Assembly: GCA_951406725.2 (NCBI GenBank)
Contig: OX597826.1
Coordinates: forward strand, 5,332,001-5,396,000
Origin: Octopus vulgaris
Lineage: Eukaryota
Direction: 5' to 3'
DNA: 64,000 nt
Positions 14,526 through 28,655 of the stretch are shown here, one piece after another. The notes beneath the pieces were generated by a model that ran no database searches, had not been told where the DNA came from, and worked only from the letters and a program-made list of their open reading frames with translations. Both the position numbers and the translations under genes were made by a program. The first letter of the stretch is position 1. Each line of letters starts with the position of its first letter.

Positions 14526-15100
14526 ATTGCAAATTTATAAACAAGCTACCTTACTTTCTTGCTTGTTATATTGACACATCGAATTTGAGAGAAGAGATGT
14601 TGAAGATTATCTTGGTAAATCTGATTAGCACGTTTTCCGTGATTACTGAATATTCCTCTTTCGAGCCAGTCGTGTAAACTTCTTCATTCTGGTCGAAAGT
14701 CTTAAAACTAAATGCTTGAAGCTATAAGTAACACCCCAGTATCTTTCGCAATACGTAGTAAATTGATTTATTTACATATCCTTATTGAGAGCAGACACAT
14801 TAACACATATATATCTCTATCTTTCCTTTGTAAAATCTGTCTCTGAAATTTATGTACGTATTCTTATAGTCGGGTTAGAATTGTTCCTAGTTTGAATCGT
14901 TCTGTAAGTATATAACGTTATAGTAAGTATATCTTTCTGAATTCTATTGCTGTTTTCATCTTGAAGATCAAATGAACTGCACTTGTATGTAAACAATATC
15001 AAGAAACCCTGTCATATTTCGCCAGTACTTGTATCATAAACCCACGACTAATTGAAACTCAAACATCTATTACATTCATTGAAGTTCCACAAATTTATTG

Positions 15101-15131
<31 letters not shown>

Positions 15132-15496
15132 TTAATATACGCAATAGTTAAAATAAGAGATATTTATAGCTTCTTGACATTGAGACGCTGTAACTAGGTT
15201 TAAGTAGCGTGCATTGCTTCTGAAAGTAATCTTTGGGCTTAGGGCACGAGGTTGGTTCTCTTTGGAAATATGGACATGATACACCACGAGAAGAAAGAGA
15301 CGAGAAGTTTGACGCAAAAAGTGGAATGAGAAGACACAAGGAGAGGAAAAAAAACGGAAAAGAGGGGAAAAAAGAACGAAAATTTAGAGTTACATCTACT
15401 TTGACGGTAGAACTCATAATTAATCTTGCAGGTGTAGAATAATTCAACGATGAAGAGACTAGAAACCTGCCAGTCAGCTGCTCAATAAAAAGTGGG

Positions 15497-15799
15497 TTTT
15501 GTTTGTTCCTTCTCGAGCCACGCCTGGCTCATTAGGGCCCGTTTCACGGTTTCCTTGGCGTATAGGTTCCCCACCTGGACGGGACGCCGGTCCGTTGCAG
15601 GTGAGCTGGAAAATGCAGGAGGAAAAAGTGAAAGTTGTGGCGAAAGAGTCAGCAGAAGTTCACCATTACCTTCTGCCGGAGCCGCGTGGAGCTTAGGTGT
15701 TTCGCTCATTAACACACACATCGCCCAGTCTGATATTCTGACCCGCGATCCTTCGACCACGAGCCCACTGCTCTAACCACTAGGCCATGTGCCTCCACA
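15497..15799 (-). mobile_element. tRNA-derived SINE, family C head and core with tail type 2 (V-domain-like)
   Basis: Minus strand TGTGGAGGCACATGGCCTAGTGGTTAGAGC head and GAGCGAAACACCTAAGCTCCACGCGGCTCCGGCAG core. The tail contains CCTGCAACGGACCGGCGTCCCGTCCAGG, reminiscent of the V-SINE domain. Confidence 0.88.
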
Positions 15800-16120
15800 A
15801 TTAAAAGGAGGTGATAACGCCCAGTTCGACAAAAGGATGATCATGTGCTTGAATTTGCTGAAAATTTCAGATCTGGAATTAAGTAATGTGCTTGAATTCT
15901 TGGATCTGAAAAGGATGTGCATAAGCTGCATTTTTCTTTTATCCTTTTGTATATAGCATCCATTTCCTCACGTTTCACCATGTGATTGCGTGTGACGTGC
16001 CAATGGTCTTGAAACCCTATACGAGGCAAGTTTGCTTTGTGGCTTTATTTTTTATATGTATATGGTGGTTTGCATAATATTTTTTAAAGTTGCTTTCGCA
16101 TAAACTGTCGTAATGTAGAA

Positions 16121-16420
16121 GACTTTGCCTTTCATCCTTTCGGGATCGATAAATTAAATACCAGTTACGCACTGGGGTCGATATAATCGACTTAATCCGT
16201 TTGTCTGTCCTTGTTTGTCCTCTCTGTATTTAGCCCCTCTGGGTAGTAAAGAAATAAGTATTTCGTCTGCCGCTACGTTCTGAATACAAATTCCGCCGAG
16301 GTCGACATTAACTTTTATCATTTCGGGGTCGATAAATTAAGTACCAGTTGCGTACTGCAGTCGATATAATCGACTGGCACTCTTCTCAAAAATTTCGGGC
16401 CTTGTGCCTAGAGTAGAAAA
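16121..16420 (+). mobile_element. SINE family A, 5'-truncated dimer
   Basis: Two central domains (GCCTTTCATCCTTTCGGGATCGATAAATT and TTTTATCATTTCGGGGTCGATAAATTAAGTACC). Confidence 0.88.
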
Positions 16421-16520
16421 GAAAGGATGGAAGTTAAAGTCGACGTCGGCGGAGTTTCAACTCAGAACATAAAGGCGAAAGAATTGCCGGGAAGTATTTT
16501 ACTAATTATTCTGCCAGCTC
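16421..16520 (-). mobile_element. SINE family A fragment, inverted and abutting the previous copy
   Basis: GAAAGGATGGAAGTTAAAGTCGACGTCGGCGGAGTTTCAACTCAGAAC...TTCTGCCAGCTC. Confidence 0.8.
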
Positions 16521-19418
16521 AATAATAATATTGTGTTCTGTGTATTTTTGGAGGTGTGATCTAGTCGAAAGATATAATGATTATGCAAAATATGTACACT
16601 ATGCAGGCAAAACGGCTAAGAATGAAGATAAACATGTAAGAAAGGTTTTGCTCACACTGAAGCCAGTATTAACGTGCCTGGCGAAAGGAAAATGAGATGA
16701 GTGAGAACCGTTAAAGCCAGTTGGAAGTACCTAGGAGGAGAATGACAATCTCTGTGCTGCCATGGACTTACCCGTCCGTTATGACCTCCATCACCGCCTA
16801 AAATAAACTATCCAAGTAAAATTATTTTAAAATAGAAATAGGACGTATTGTGTGAAATAATTATAAAAGAACCAATAAAATCTGAACCACTATTTATGAT
16901 ACAATGACATTATTATATTCTTAAAATCAATAACATTTCCCACAAAATACACAGCAATAGCTGTATTTGGTACAACTCCTGGAGAATTTTCATAAATCAT
17001 GTAAGACGTAAGACACATTGTAAGTTAGCTTCACCCTATAAACTAAAACGATTTACACGATACCCTCCCTGCTTCTCTTGTCCCCAAATATTACTCTATG
17101 TCAATTGCAGTGGTCTTTACTTGAAATAAATATTTTGTATTTGAAGTAAAAGATTTTTATAGAATGTGCATGAATTTCTAAATATACAAATGCAACAGAT
17201 TTAAAGTACAGGAACGTATTAAATACCTATTTCATTAATCAATAATTGATTCATATTTAACAATGAAAAACATGAGCGTGATATATTATGATTTTCTATT
17301 TCATGCTTGGAAGTTTTTGAGATAAACAATTCTTTATTTTTATCATCAACGAAATGAAAATCTCATTTTTTTTTCTTTTTTGCATTTAGTGTTAGCAAGT
17401 GAAGACAATCCCAATTGATAAAATATGAAAGAGAAAACTAAATAAAAATCGATAAAACGTTTTAAACTTTTCAATGATTTTCTTTTATAGAAATCAAAAA
17501 TGTGTCAGTAGGTAAGTTTGCGTGCTAAATTTTAAGTCCACAAACGTTGGATATTGAAGTCATATTTTTTCTATATCACAATTTCAGAACTGTCAGATTG
17601 AAATTTTTATAAGAAAGTTCCATAGCTAAATATAATTGTCTGTGTTTAATGATGAACCTAAAATTCATTTGTCATTCAGAGTTGTGAGATATCCAACAAC
17701 AACAGAATATATATTTTTGGGGGGATTTACATATTAATGGAAATATATGGACGCTACTGTTTTATCTCCGTTTTTCGAACCAACATTTTTCTACATTGCA
17801 ATCAATTTATTTTTTCTTATGCCTTGAAAATATTTTCATCTTTCTTTGCAAACTAGCTTTGGTATTAGATTAATGTGAAAAAGAAAAGACAATTGCGAAA
17901 CATACCATTGTACAAATATATGCATCGCAGTACATTCTGTAAAAGCTTTCGAGATTTTCCATTTCCAAAAACGCCGGTAAATCTCTCTGGGGCTCATATA
18001 TGGAGTGGATTCTCATTTCTATTCTTTTTAAATAACTAATATTCATTTATCTGCTTTTAATGATTTAAACAACTTCAATATTTTTTAAGCATCTGTTATT
18101 GTTTCGTGACGAGTACTGTCTTATGTATCATGTAATAAACCTTATAGCATTAGTATTTCTCTGATATATTTCCAATACAAAATGTCATTTTTTATAGAGT
18201 CTACTGTGAATGATGCTACTTTAGTACAAAGCATGGCCAATGTGAATATTACAGAATCCACCTATAGTATGTTGTATTTCTATACAAAAATATAAACTAA
18301 TGCATATCCTAGAAACGTTTGTAACATTTCAAAAATTTTCGTAGGAAAAAAGAATACACGGAAGAAGTAAACTACTATTTATAAATAGATGTTGATGAAT
18401 TGCATCTAAAGATATTTTCATCAAAGCGAAAATAAAAGCCCTAAAATCTTGGGGAAATTCTTCATTTTGCCTTTTCCAGATATGTAATTAGATTTGCGAA
18501 ATTGCCAGTTTATTAACGGTATGGTCCCGTTACATTTGATGAACGTTCTCTTTCAGATATAGACTTACAGGTCCCAAGCTTGTTCTGAATAAGCTTACCA
18601 CGGTTCGTGTCTCACATTAATTATAGGAACTAATGATATATGAAGCTTATAAACCAGCAACAACAATATGCACGCAATTCAATATTCATATCTAATTTCA
18701 TTTATTTTGTAAATCCCTACTTAAATTATTCAATCTCTTGTAATCATAAAACAATATCCTCGTTTGTTTAATATGCTATCCTCATTTGACTGATAATCAA
18801 TTGGGTTTTGGTTTCATTTATTCATACCCTTAAGAAGACTTTATTTTCAACACTTCAGGTCGAACATTTCTCGTGCATAAATATAGTACATTTCACGGTG
18901 CACGTTACAACTCCTTGCAGTAAATTTGTGTAGAACAAATACAAGTGTCCCGAGGCACTATGCATGGGAAAAAATGCTTTAAAATTTACCAGCTAAAATG
19001 CAATAGAACCGGCACATTTGCATAATCAACCTCCAATAACATTCACGTACAACATAAGGGTAACTATTCATTCATTACACAATTGTCATCAATTTAATAA
19101 AATGACTCAACATACACAGCTCACAGCAAATATTGTTCACTATATTCATCCGTAATTATTGTACACAGAAAATACAAAGCGTGATAGTCATGCAATGAAA
19201 TAAAATTCTACGCTGCTTACGGACCAAATAGTAAACTAATCTGAGAAAAGTAAGAAAGTAAAAAGAGCCATATTAAACTAAAAGTGGTATTGTTTATGAG
19301 ACCAATCCTATGCCTTCAGAAAGCAATAAAATCCCTACATTAATATAAGTGGAATTTCTATACATGGTGCTGTAAAAATTCGCATTAACCTGTTGAAAAT
19401 GTAATCATAATATTACTG

Positions 19419-19818
19419 CTCTTTTACTCTTTTACTTGTTTCAGTAATGTGACTGTGGCCATGCTGGAGCACTGCTTTTAGTCGAGCAAATCGACCCCAG
19501 GACTTATTCTTTGTAAGCCTAATACTTATTCTATCGGGATCTTTTGCCGAACCGCTAAGTTGTGGGGACGTAAACACATCAGCATCGGTTGTCAAGCGAT
19601 GTTTAGGGGACAAACACAGACACACAAACATATACATACATATACATATATATACATATACGACGGGCTTCTTTCAGTTTCCGTCTGCCAAATCCACTCA
19701 CACGGCTTTGGTCGGCCCGAGGCTATAGTAGGAGACACTTACCCAAGGTGCCACGCAGTGTGACTGAACCAGGAACAATGTGGCTGGTAAGCAAGCTACT
19801 TACTCCACAGCCACTCCT
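19419..19818 (-). mobile_element. tRNA-derived SINE family B, full length
   Basis: Minus strand GAGTGGCTGTGGAGTAAGTAGCTTGCTTACC..GGTTCAGTCACACTGCGTGGCACCTTGGG head, internal (TA/TG)n, and tail ACTGAAACAAGTAAAAGAGTAAAAGA. Confidence 0.92.
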
Positions 19819-20999
19819 ACTGATAATTTCTAACATAACAATGCAATCAGCCATTCATGAAGAGTACAGCATCGATTTCATCGTTTCATTATTTGTCAGC
19901 TACTAATTTTTAGATAGAAAAAGACTGAGCTTAAGATGAATCCATGCATACGATATTAAATAAATGCAAAAAGAAAAAAAAGAAAAAAATAGACAAACAA
20001 ACACTTTGTTGCTATAGCAAAAATGTTTAAATTAAAGATACGGTGAATATATGTCTCCGTCGTTTTCCGAAAAGGAATCACTTTTGCAAGCAACTGAATT
20101 ATCTGTTCCTGAATTAAAGTGTAATGAATTGAACATTAGATAGACACTTGTGCTCTTAATTTAATCTCGTAAAATCAATGTATCACAACATGCGACAAGA
20201 CTGTGTATTTGAATAACAAATACAATCGCTCAGATGGGTTTTATACAAGTCCTAAATTCCCTGTCAAAGTACTTTCTATATCTGAGGATATGGAAAGTTT
20301 CATGTATTGAGGATGTCACGTAGTGGAATCGAAACCAGGAAATCATGATTAAGAAGTTCTTAACTTTTGACCACACCGCGGCACCTACGTTGATATATAT
20401 ATATATATATATGTATGCGGTGGTGAAAGGTAAGAATCTATAGAGTGTCGGGATTAAATGGCTTATGGGTTTGTTAGTTCTCATCATTCTGGCTTCAAAT
20501 CTCACTGACATCAAATTCGCTTTTTTCATTTCCAGGCAGATGGTTTAAAACACCCACGTTGTGAATAGGTGGCATATTTCGTGATTCAGCCGCAAAAAAG
20601 CGCTAACAAGCCACATAAATCATTATAAAATTACGTATTTAAATGGAGTCTTGCGTAAATTGAATAAATATTTCGATCGTATGAATGTACAAGAAGATTG
20701 CGGCCAATTCTGAAGAAAGAAAAGCTCTAGTTCAGAATGTTATATATTCGTTTCAAATCAACTCAGCTGATAGCTGGTAATTATAGCAGCATACAATCTC
20801 ATGATTAATTGTGCAAGATGACTGCGATGTTATTTGTTCAAGACAAAAATTAAAGCAGGTAACTAAATAACACCGCAGTCAGTATTTAGTCAGTAATGTA
20901 ATATTTCTCATAATGTATCATCTGTGACACACATCCCAAAACACAAGCCAACGGAAAGCCCTTATCCCTCAATGTGGTGGTATACCTTACAATGTAAGT

Positions 21000-21835
21000 G
21001 AAATTGACAAAAATAGTGACCAAGAATTATCTTATAGAACACGCCACTACCTTAAAATGGAACACGTTGGATAGCATGATGCTAGGAACCATAACCTGCG
21101 TGTAGGAAAGCAGATGGATTGGACAGGGCAGGATTGTTTTGATGATATATTTGCTTCATAAAGTATAACTTGGGGCAAAATAAAAACAACCAAACCTAAC
21201 GAGGAAGCCTACCCACAGTAGGACGACTTGTAAGAAAAAGTAGCCAAAATCAATTATGTAATAAGATATCGTATTAATAAAGATACCTGGTACTGATGAT
21301 CTGAACACGGTCGGAAATTAAGATAGTCACAGCTATAATATCTTATTTACTGGTCTGGTGTATAAGTGTTCGCTTGGGTCAAAGCAAAAGAACACACAAA
21401 TGAACAAGCAACGCTAACAAAGGAATTGTCAGTTGGTCATTGGATTTGCTAAAGGAAGCAGTCAAATCATTTCTACTTCTTTTAAAAGTAGAAACGTTTG
21501 AGAGTTATTGATATAAAAACAGGCCAGATTGTCACGATTAAAAGCTCTTTAATTTCTGATCGTTATAATATGAAAACAATTTTAGCAATCATAAAAATGA
21601 CATCGAGCCTGGGATGGAATCCCTAAGCGGTTAGTAGTCGTCGTAGAAATAGAAACTAATTTTCCTCTCATTATATTTAATGTCCTAAAGAAAACAACGA
21701 ACAGACACATTTAAATATTACCCTGGGGTATATTTTATCTGAAAAATACGATCTGATCGTGTGGTTTTAGCTGGAACGGCTGGGATCATAGGTTGGCTTT
21801 TTTAGTGTTGACCTGCAGCTAAACGACAACGAGAA
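21000..21835 (+). repeat. About four head-to-tail, highly diverged ~210-bp units of old repeat family D
   Basis: Unit starts near 21005, 21230, 21448 and 21642 (TGACAAAAATAGTGACCAAGAATT, TGTAAGAAAAAGTAGCCAAAATC, TGCTAAAGGAAGCAGTCAAATC, CGTAGAAATAGAAACTAATTT). Unit ends such as ACTTGGGGCAAAATAAAAACAAC and GACCTGCAGCTAAACGACAAC. Confidence 0.5.
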
Positions 21836-22302
21836 ACAATAGGAATAGCAACAAAAACCATAGTGATTTTCATTTTTAATCAGTAGCCGAACACATCTAT
21901 CTGCTTCATAATTCACTGACCAACAAATAATATATATTCGATATGACACCGCGATTATTTTGCACACGTGCACACATACGCACTTTCAAATACACCGTAC
22001 ACAGCCACACACATACATGTAGAGATATACAACCACGTACAAGTAAAATATGCATTTGCACAGACACAAGTATTTCACACACACACACCAATACGTGCGT
22101 AGGTACGCATAGATTATGTGAGAAATCGACAGGTATAAAACATCAATCACGAACAGGTTTGTCACAATGGCATTTATGTTTTGTAGCACAAAAGGTGAGC
22201 TGAACCGTGAAGTCCATGATTTACACAGTCTCTAGTTTACAATAGCCAGAGTTATACATACATACATATATAGACACATACACACATACACACATGTACG
22301 CA

Positions 22303-22354
<52 letters not shown>

Positions 22355-23050
22355 TACATATACACACACATATATATATGTATATATATAAATGTATATA
22401 TATATATTTATATACATATACATACACACACGTATGCATATACATAATACGCAAGTACACACGCATGCGCGCACACATATATAAACATTTCCACATACAA
22501 ATACATATGTGTGTGTGTGTGTGCGTGTCTGAGCGTGTGGGTATGTGTGAGTGAGTGAGTGAATGAGCGTGTGTGTATGTGTGTGTGTGTGCGTGCGCTT
22601 AGACCGAAATTCTTTTCCTCGAACGAAGTATCTATGAAATATGAAACATAAAACTATAAATAAAAATGTTCCAGCAGTAATAAAAAAAAAACAGATGACA
22701 TATGTACAAATCAAAGTGGTTAGGTTACAGCCATACATATTCGAGGTATTGGAATGTAAGAGAACACTGCTTGTTGAAATTTGTATATGACCATAGATTA
22801 GTAAGGCGTGGTGGGCATTGTCACAGGAATCGATTCTTGTTTTATGATTGGTATTTATGTCATCGATTTAGGAGGAATGAAATATAGTATGATTCACGCT
22901 TGAGGCTTGAACAAAGATCGGAGGATGATGATACGAATTAATGAAAGCCAATTAGCATGTAGTTGTAGTTGTCGTGTCCTTGTAAGGAACAATTTTAGGG
23001 TTATAGTCATGCAACTGAGGCGGTATGTTTGTTCATAGGAGAGATTTCTA

Positions 23051-23101
<51 letters not shown>

Positions 23102-23144
23102 ACATACACGTACTCAACCAGGCGCGCCTGCATAACTTCACCTA

Positions 23145-23365
23145 CGAGTGACTGCTGAAAAGTTCCTCGCTTAAAGTCAGATATCGCGAAATGCCTGTTT
23201 GGAGGCCCAACTTTCTGAGGCCTTTTACAGGTGTGACAAAAACTGAAAGACCACTGCATCGACTGTGTGAACCGGAGAGGAGAATATGTCCGATAAGATC
23301 ATAATTAACTGATCCCCCCTCTATTTTCTTTTACCCAAAGCCAGGAAATTTTCAACACGCCTTCG
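23145..23365 (+). mobile_element. mariner-derived MITE
   Basis: TA|CGAGTGACTGCTGAAAAGTTCCTCGCTT and AAGCCAGGAAATTTTCAACACGCCTTCG form imperfect TIRs. Internal CVNRRGEYVR* matches the mariner transposase C-terminus (KCV..GEYVE). Confidence 0.75.
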
Positions 23366-23415
<50 letters not shown>

Positions 23416-24869
23416 ATGCATACATATGTATACACACACATCCATGTAGGTGTGTATGTGTGTACTTTATTTTAATTTTACCTTCAAGTATATTACGCTT
23501 TCCTTCAAATTTTTTGGGTACTTCTCAAATTTTCTTTAATTATAAATATTATCAATCCTCTATAATTTTTTCATGCTAGTCGACTCTTCTTCAGAGTATT
23601 ATTTTTCATCGAGATAAAGCTCGAAATTATAACAGCTAAAATATTAATTTGTAAAAAATTCAAACTTCTGTATAAAAGTAACTTTATATAAAATGCAAAT
23701 GAGGTAGCAGAAAAGAAAGAGATATATTTAAATAAAGTAGCTGTAAGGGATGTGAATGATACCCGTCATGAAGCAGTAGGGTTTGAGACAAGATGATGCC
23801 AGTCAAGTTTCGAGGAAAACCTTAAGCCCGCCGTATGGTAGTTTACACATATAAGCCTGAGATGTGTTTTAGAAAGTCAAAAGTCCAGTTTGGTGATGCG
23901 ATAGACGTTGTTAAGTAGAACCATGCGATGGCGGTTGAAATATCCTTTGTCCAGTCCTCAGGGCATCCACACTTGATGACCAGGGAAAAAGTGATATGAA
24001 AACAAGGAAAATAACAGTAAACTTTTACATAAAAAAATATAAAAAGCAATATAACAAAACCGATAACTATTCTTATAACCTTTTCACTATTTTAGAAACA
24101 TTTAAATGTTTTTCTCTATTGATTTCCAATGTAAATGTTCATTTTTAACTTTATTTAAATAAAAATGAGAAATGTTTTATTTTTCATATGACAAATTAAG
24201 CAGTGATAAATATTTAATGATCTCTTACATTAATTTATAAAAAGTTTAATATAGTTCATTAATATTTCCTGATATAATTCCAAGTCCTAAAGTTGGTAGT
24301 AAGCAGTGTATTTATTTCATTAATTATTAATTACATGCATTGATTAATTGTTACTACTTGATATGAAAATATACTTACAAAGCACCTTGTGACCTAACAA
24401 TTAAAATGTATATCTTATTCTGAAAGCTGCAAGAAAAATGTATTATTTAATGAGCTTAAATAGGTTACTGTATGTTATATATGTAACAATAATCATTATT
24501 CTCAAAATGACTTGTCAATTCTATTAAATTCTAATGAAAAATGATGAGATCTTTTGCACTTAAACTTGTACTGTAACCAAAATTTTTCTTCGTAGGAACA
24601 ATCGGCCCTCAACATATAATTAATTGGATGAGCACACAAAATTTTTGTAAAATCGGAATATTTTAACTTGTTCCATATCTTTAAAAAAAGCAAACCATAA
24701 AAGCGTTCAGATGGAAACACATCGAAAGTGAAAATGGACTGAAATGAATCTGTTTGGAATTAGTGCAATAATACCTTCATCACATCTCGTTTTAGTAAAC
24801 TTTAGGCAATTTATTATATAACAATTTATGGTTTACAATAACCGTTCGAACTGATCTTCACCTTCTTCC

Positions 24870-26283
24870 GTGCAAATATTTGGACCCATAGGCTATATAT
24901 TATATAACTATTTACGGGTTACAATAAGTGTTCTAACTGATTTCCAACTTCTAAACACTTCCTTACTCGGGAAACATGATCTTTGCACATTCCTGAGCAT
25001 AGAGTTTTATGGTTTCAATTTCTTGTGTGATTTTATCATTTAGTGCTTGTAATGCTCTTGGTCTGTTAGCATAAACCATTGATTTAAGATGTTCCCATAC
25101 GAAAAAAATGTAAAGAACTCAATTCCGGAGATCTTGGTGGCCATTCAACCGGTCCTCGACGCCCAGTCCATTTTCTTGGAAATGTGTTATCCAAAAACTC
25201 CGCACATCTTTCGTACAACGTGGCGGAGCCTCATCCTCTTGAAACCATATATCTCTTCGAATTGCTAATGGTACGTCATGTCATCTAGGAACAGTATAAT
25301 GAATGTTTTTAATAAATGAATGTATGACTCACCCGTTGCCGTATTTGGGAAGAAATAAGGACTAATCATCGTAGTTCCCCATATAGTCACCCACACCATA
25401 ATCCTTGGACAGAATTGGACGTGCACATCCACAATCCACCGAGGACTTTTTATCGACCAATACCATGAATTATGTGTGTTAACCGAACCGTTTAAGTAAA
25501 ATGTTATTTCGTCACTGAATCGAACATGATTTTGCATCTGTATTTGTTCTACAAACCACAGACAATACTCTCTCTACACGACGATCCATATAATGTACAT
25601 ACAACTCATGTACTAATTACACTTTAAATGGATGAAAATGCTTGCGAGACAAAATGCGACCAACGAAACGCCTAGATACATTCGTTTCTTGTGGTACTTT
25701 TCTAAATTACCTTCCTGGGCTTCTTTCCAAATGTCTGCATGTGTTTCAGAATCAGTTGCAGTTCTTCTTCTTCTTCTTCTTCTTCTTCTTCTTCTTCTTC
25801 TTCTTCTTCTGCTTCTTCTTCTTCTTCTTCTTCTTCTTCTTCTTCTTCTTCTTCTTCTTCTTCTTCTTCTTCTTCTTCTTCTTCTTCTTCTTCTTCTTCT
25901 TCTTCTTCTTCTTCTTCTTCTTCTTCTTCTTCTTCTTCTTCTCCCGCTGCGGGGCCAGTTATGGGCGCTTCCTGTTGCTTTAAAACGAATAAAAGTTTAG
26001 CTGACAGTTCTTTGTGTAATTGGTTGCCTAGTCGGGTACTTAGCATTAAAAATACCTGCGACTGAGCGCGAGCTGGTGCTATCCTTCGCATACAGAAGTA
26101 CACGTTCTGCTCTTTCTGAAATTGTTAGCTTTTCTGCCATGGCTACCGATATGAAAGACAAAAATAAATATATAACTAACTAAATAAATTTAGATATGAT
26201 AAATAAATGATGAAAATCATGTTAAAGATAAGAAATTCTTTTTTGTAATTTCTCTATGGTTCCAGACATTTGCACCTATCTGT
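24870..26283 (-). mobile_element. Tc1/mariner superfamily, rosa/DD41D-type transposon with pseudogenised transposase (about 26140 to 24919)
   Basis: MAEKLTISER..FKATGS..RSGR; FSDEITFYLNGSVNTHNSWYW; WFQEDEAPP..(frameshift)..FPRKWTGRRGPVEWPPRSPELSSLHFF, with 41 residues between the second D and the third catalytic position (now H). TIRs GTGCAAATATTTGGACCCATAG (24870) and CTATGGTTCCAGACATTTGCAC (about 26254-26275). Confidence 0.9.
25762..25941. repeat. (TTC)n/(GAA)n microsatellite inside the transposase
   Basis: About 60 triplets with one interruption. Confidence 0.98.
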
Positions 26284-26399
26284 ATAAAGACGCATTGTTT
26301 TAAATTCAAGAGTCATGGATAAATTTGAGAGGTTTTAACGTAAACGGTATATATAAAGATGCATGGTTGTAAATTCGAGAGTTTCCAACTTCAAAGGTC

Positions 26400-26453
<54 letters not shown>

Positions 26454-26456
26454 TAT

Positions 26457-26736
26457 GTCACCGAGACTGACCAGGCTATCAGATGTTGCTACACATCGCT
26501 GGTCACAATGCGCTTCGCATTGTTTTAGCCTTCAAATGACGCCAGCCCACTGGCTAAGCGAGCAGGCCAACAGAAGAAAGTGTGAGAGAAAATTGTGGCG
26601 AAAGAACACAGCAGGGATCGCCACCCCTCCTGCCGGAGCCTCGTCGAGCTTTAGGTGTTTTCGCTCAATAAACACTCACAACGCCCGGTCTGGGAATCGA
26701 AACCGCGATACTACAACCGCGAGTCCGCTGCCCTAA
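26457..26736 (-). mobile_element. SINE family C (5'-clipped), tail type 3, embedded in (TA)n
   Basis: TTAGGGCAGCGGACTCGCGG..GGTTTCGATTCCCAGACCGGGCGTTGTGAGTG is near-identical to the 2677 copy. It then has a different tail (GGCCTGCTCGCTTAGCCAG...GCCTGGTCAGTCTCGGTGAC). Confidence 0.9.
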
Positions 26737-27149
26737 TCAAGTATATATATATATATATATATATACTTGTTAGAAATAATGCTATAATATTTCAATCTGT
26801 AAACCGTGAAATTCCGTAGTTCTTATAGCAATTATCTCTCCTCAGACTCTATTTAGAAGCATAGAATAAATGCATGAATGCCTGTGTAACTGGTTATGAT
26901 GTGTTACTTTATGGATAAATGTCACTAAGTGGAGTATTTTAGTAGTCAGAATTTTTGCATTTTCCTCGTGTAGGAATACACACACACATATACATACACG
27001 AACATGTATAACATGTTTATTATACTCTCAAACGAAAACGTTAGGGCAACATCTTACTGCCGGAGGGGAAGTAAAATCTGCATGGAAGATTGATTAACAC
27101 GTGTATTAATACATCAACCCCCTGCAATGGGATAATGTAATGATAAAAT

Positions 27150-27412
<263 letters not shown>

Positions 27413-27675
27413 TCATCATAAGACGCTGTGTAGAATGTTTAGAATAAATAAATTTCACTAACCCAAGTAAATGGTTAGTATTTATTTTCGTTGCCATAAA
27501 TGAAGGAATGGCAACGTCAAATTTTGGAAACTATGAGAAAACTATAGAAAAAATACAACAGATAAAATATAATGAGGAAAAGAGTAAAATAATGTTATAA
27601 ACATACTTACCTACCAACCTATCTACCTACTTACATACATACATACATGCATACATACATACAAACGTACTTGTA

Positions 27676-27726
<51 letters not shown>

Positions 27727-28384
27727 CACACATATATATATACATACATTCACATATATATGAATGTATTTGTGTGTGTAGTTTATAAAGAAACAGAACA
27801 TGTCAAAATATACTATGTGAAATGTTTACTGAAAGTGTCGACTCTAGATATATAATCCATTTGATGCCACGATCAATTCTACTTATCAGAGGTATCATGT
27901 TTCTTAAAGATCTTGACACTTTAATCCTAATCATTTCATTCATTTCAACTTGAAAAATAGAAAGCAACTGACACCATGTTCTATTCTTTTATCCCTATTA
28001 AATTCTGGTATTCTTTCTTCATTCGCTTTCTTTTAATCTTTAGAACCGACAAAAAAATGTAATAATTAAAGAAAATATAACCAACGCTAAGGCCTTGCCA
28101 GGTCGCTCCAGAGATTATCGTTCCGAATCACTGCAACAAAAGTTCGAATTCAACTATTAGACTGCTAGTTGTCCCAGAATTTTATGTTAGTCAAATGCCT
28201 GAGTATGACTTCGCCTGCTATTCCTATCAGCAGATGAAGTGGACTGGATTGTTTAAAGGTATGTATGTGGAGGTTGCTTTTGAACATTTTGTAGTTTGAC
28301 AGTTGTAGTGTTTTAATCATATATATTGGACAATTTCAGAACTACTCATTACTCCTGATAGAATACGCATCCTGTGTAATATCT

Positions 28385-28617
28385 TCTATCTTTTATCTTT
28401 AACTTGGTTCAGTCATTAGACAGCGGCTATGCTGGGTTTGAGTCTTGAAGAATTTCTAATCGAGTGAATGAACCCCAATACTTATTTTTGTTAATCCTTG
28501 TACTTGGCCCATTACTCCCTTTTGCGGAACTGCTAATTTACGGTGACATAAGCACACCAACACCGGTTATCAAGAGTTAGTAGGGGTCAAATACAGAAGG
28601 CATACACACACATGTGC

Positions 28618-28655
<38 letters not shown>

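Noticed and set aside
21293-21325. CTGATGATCTGAACACGGTCGGAAATT hammerhead-like string
   Set aside because: Stem II competes with the GAAA, there is no stem I or III, and it lies within a degenerate repeat.
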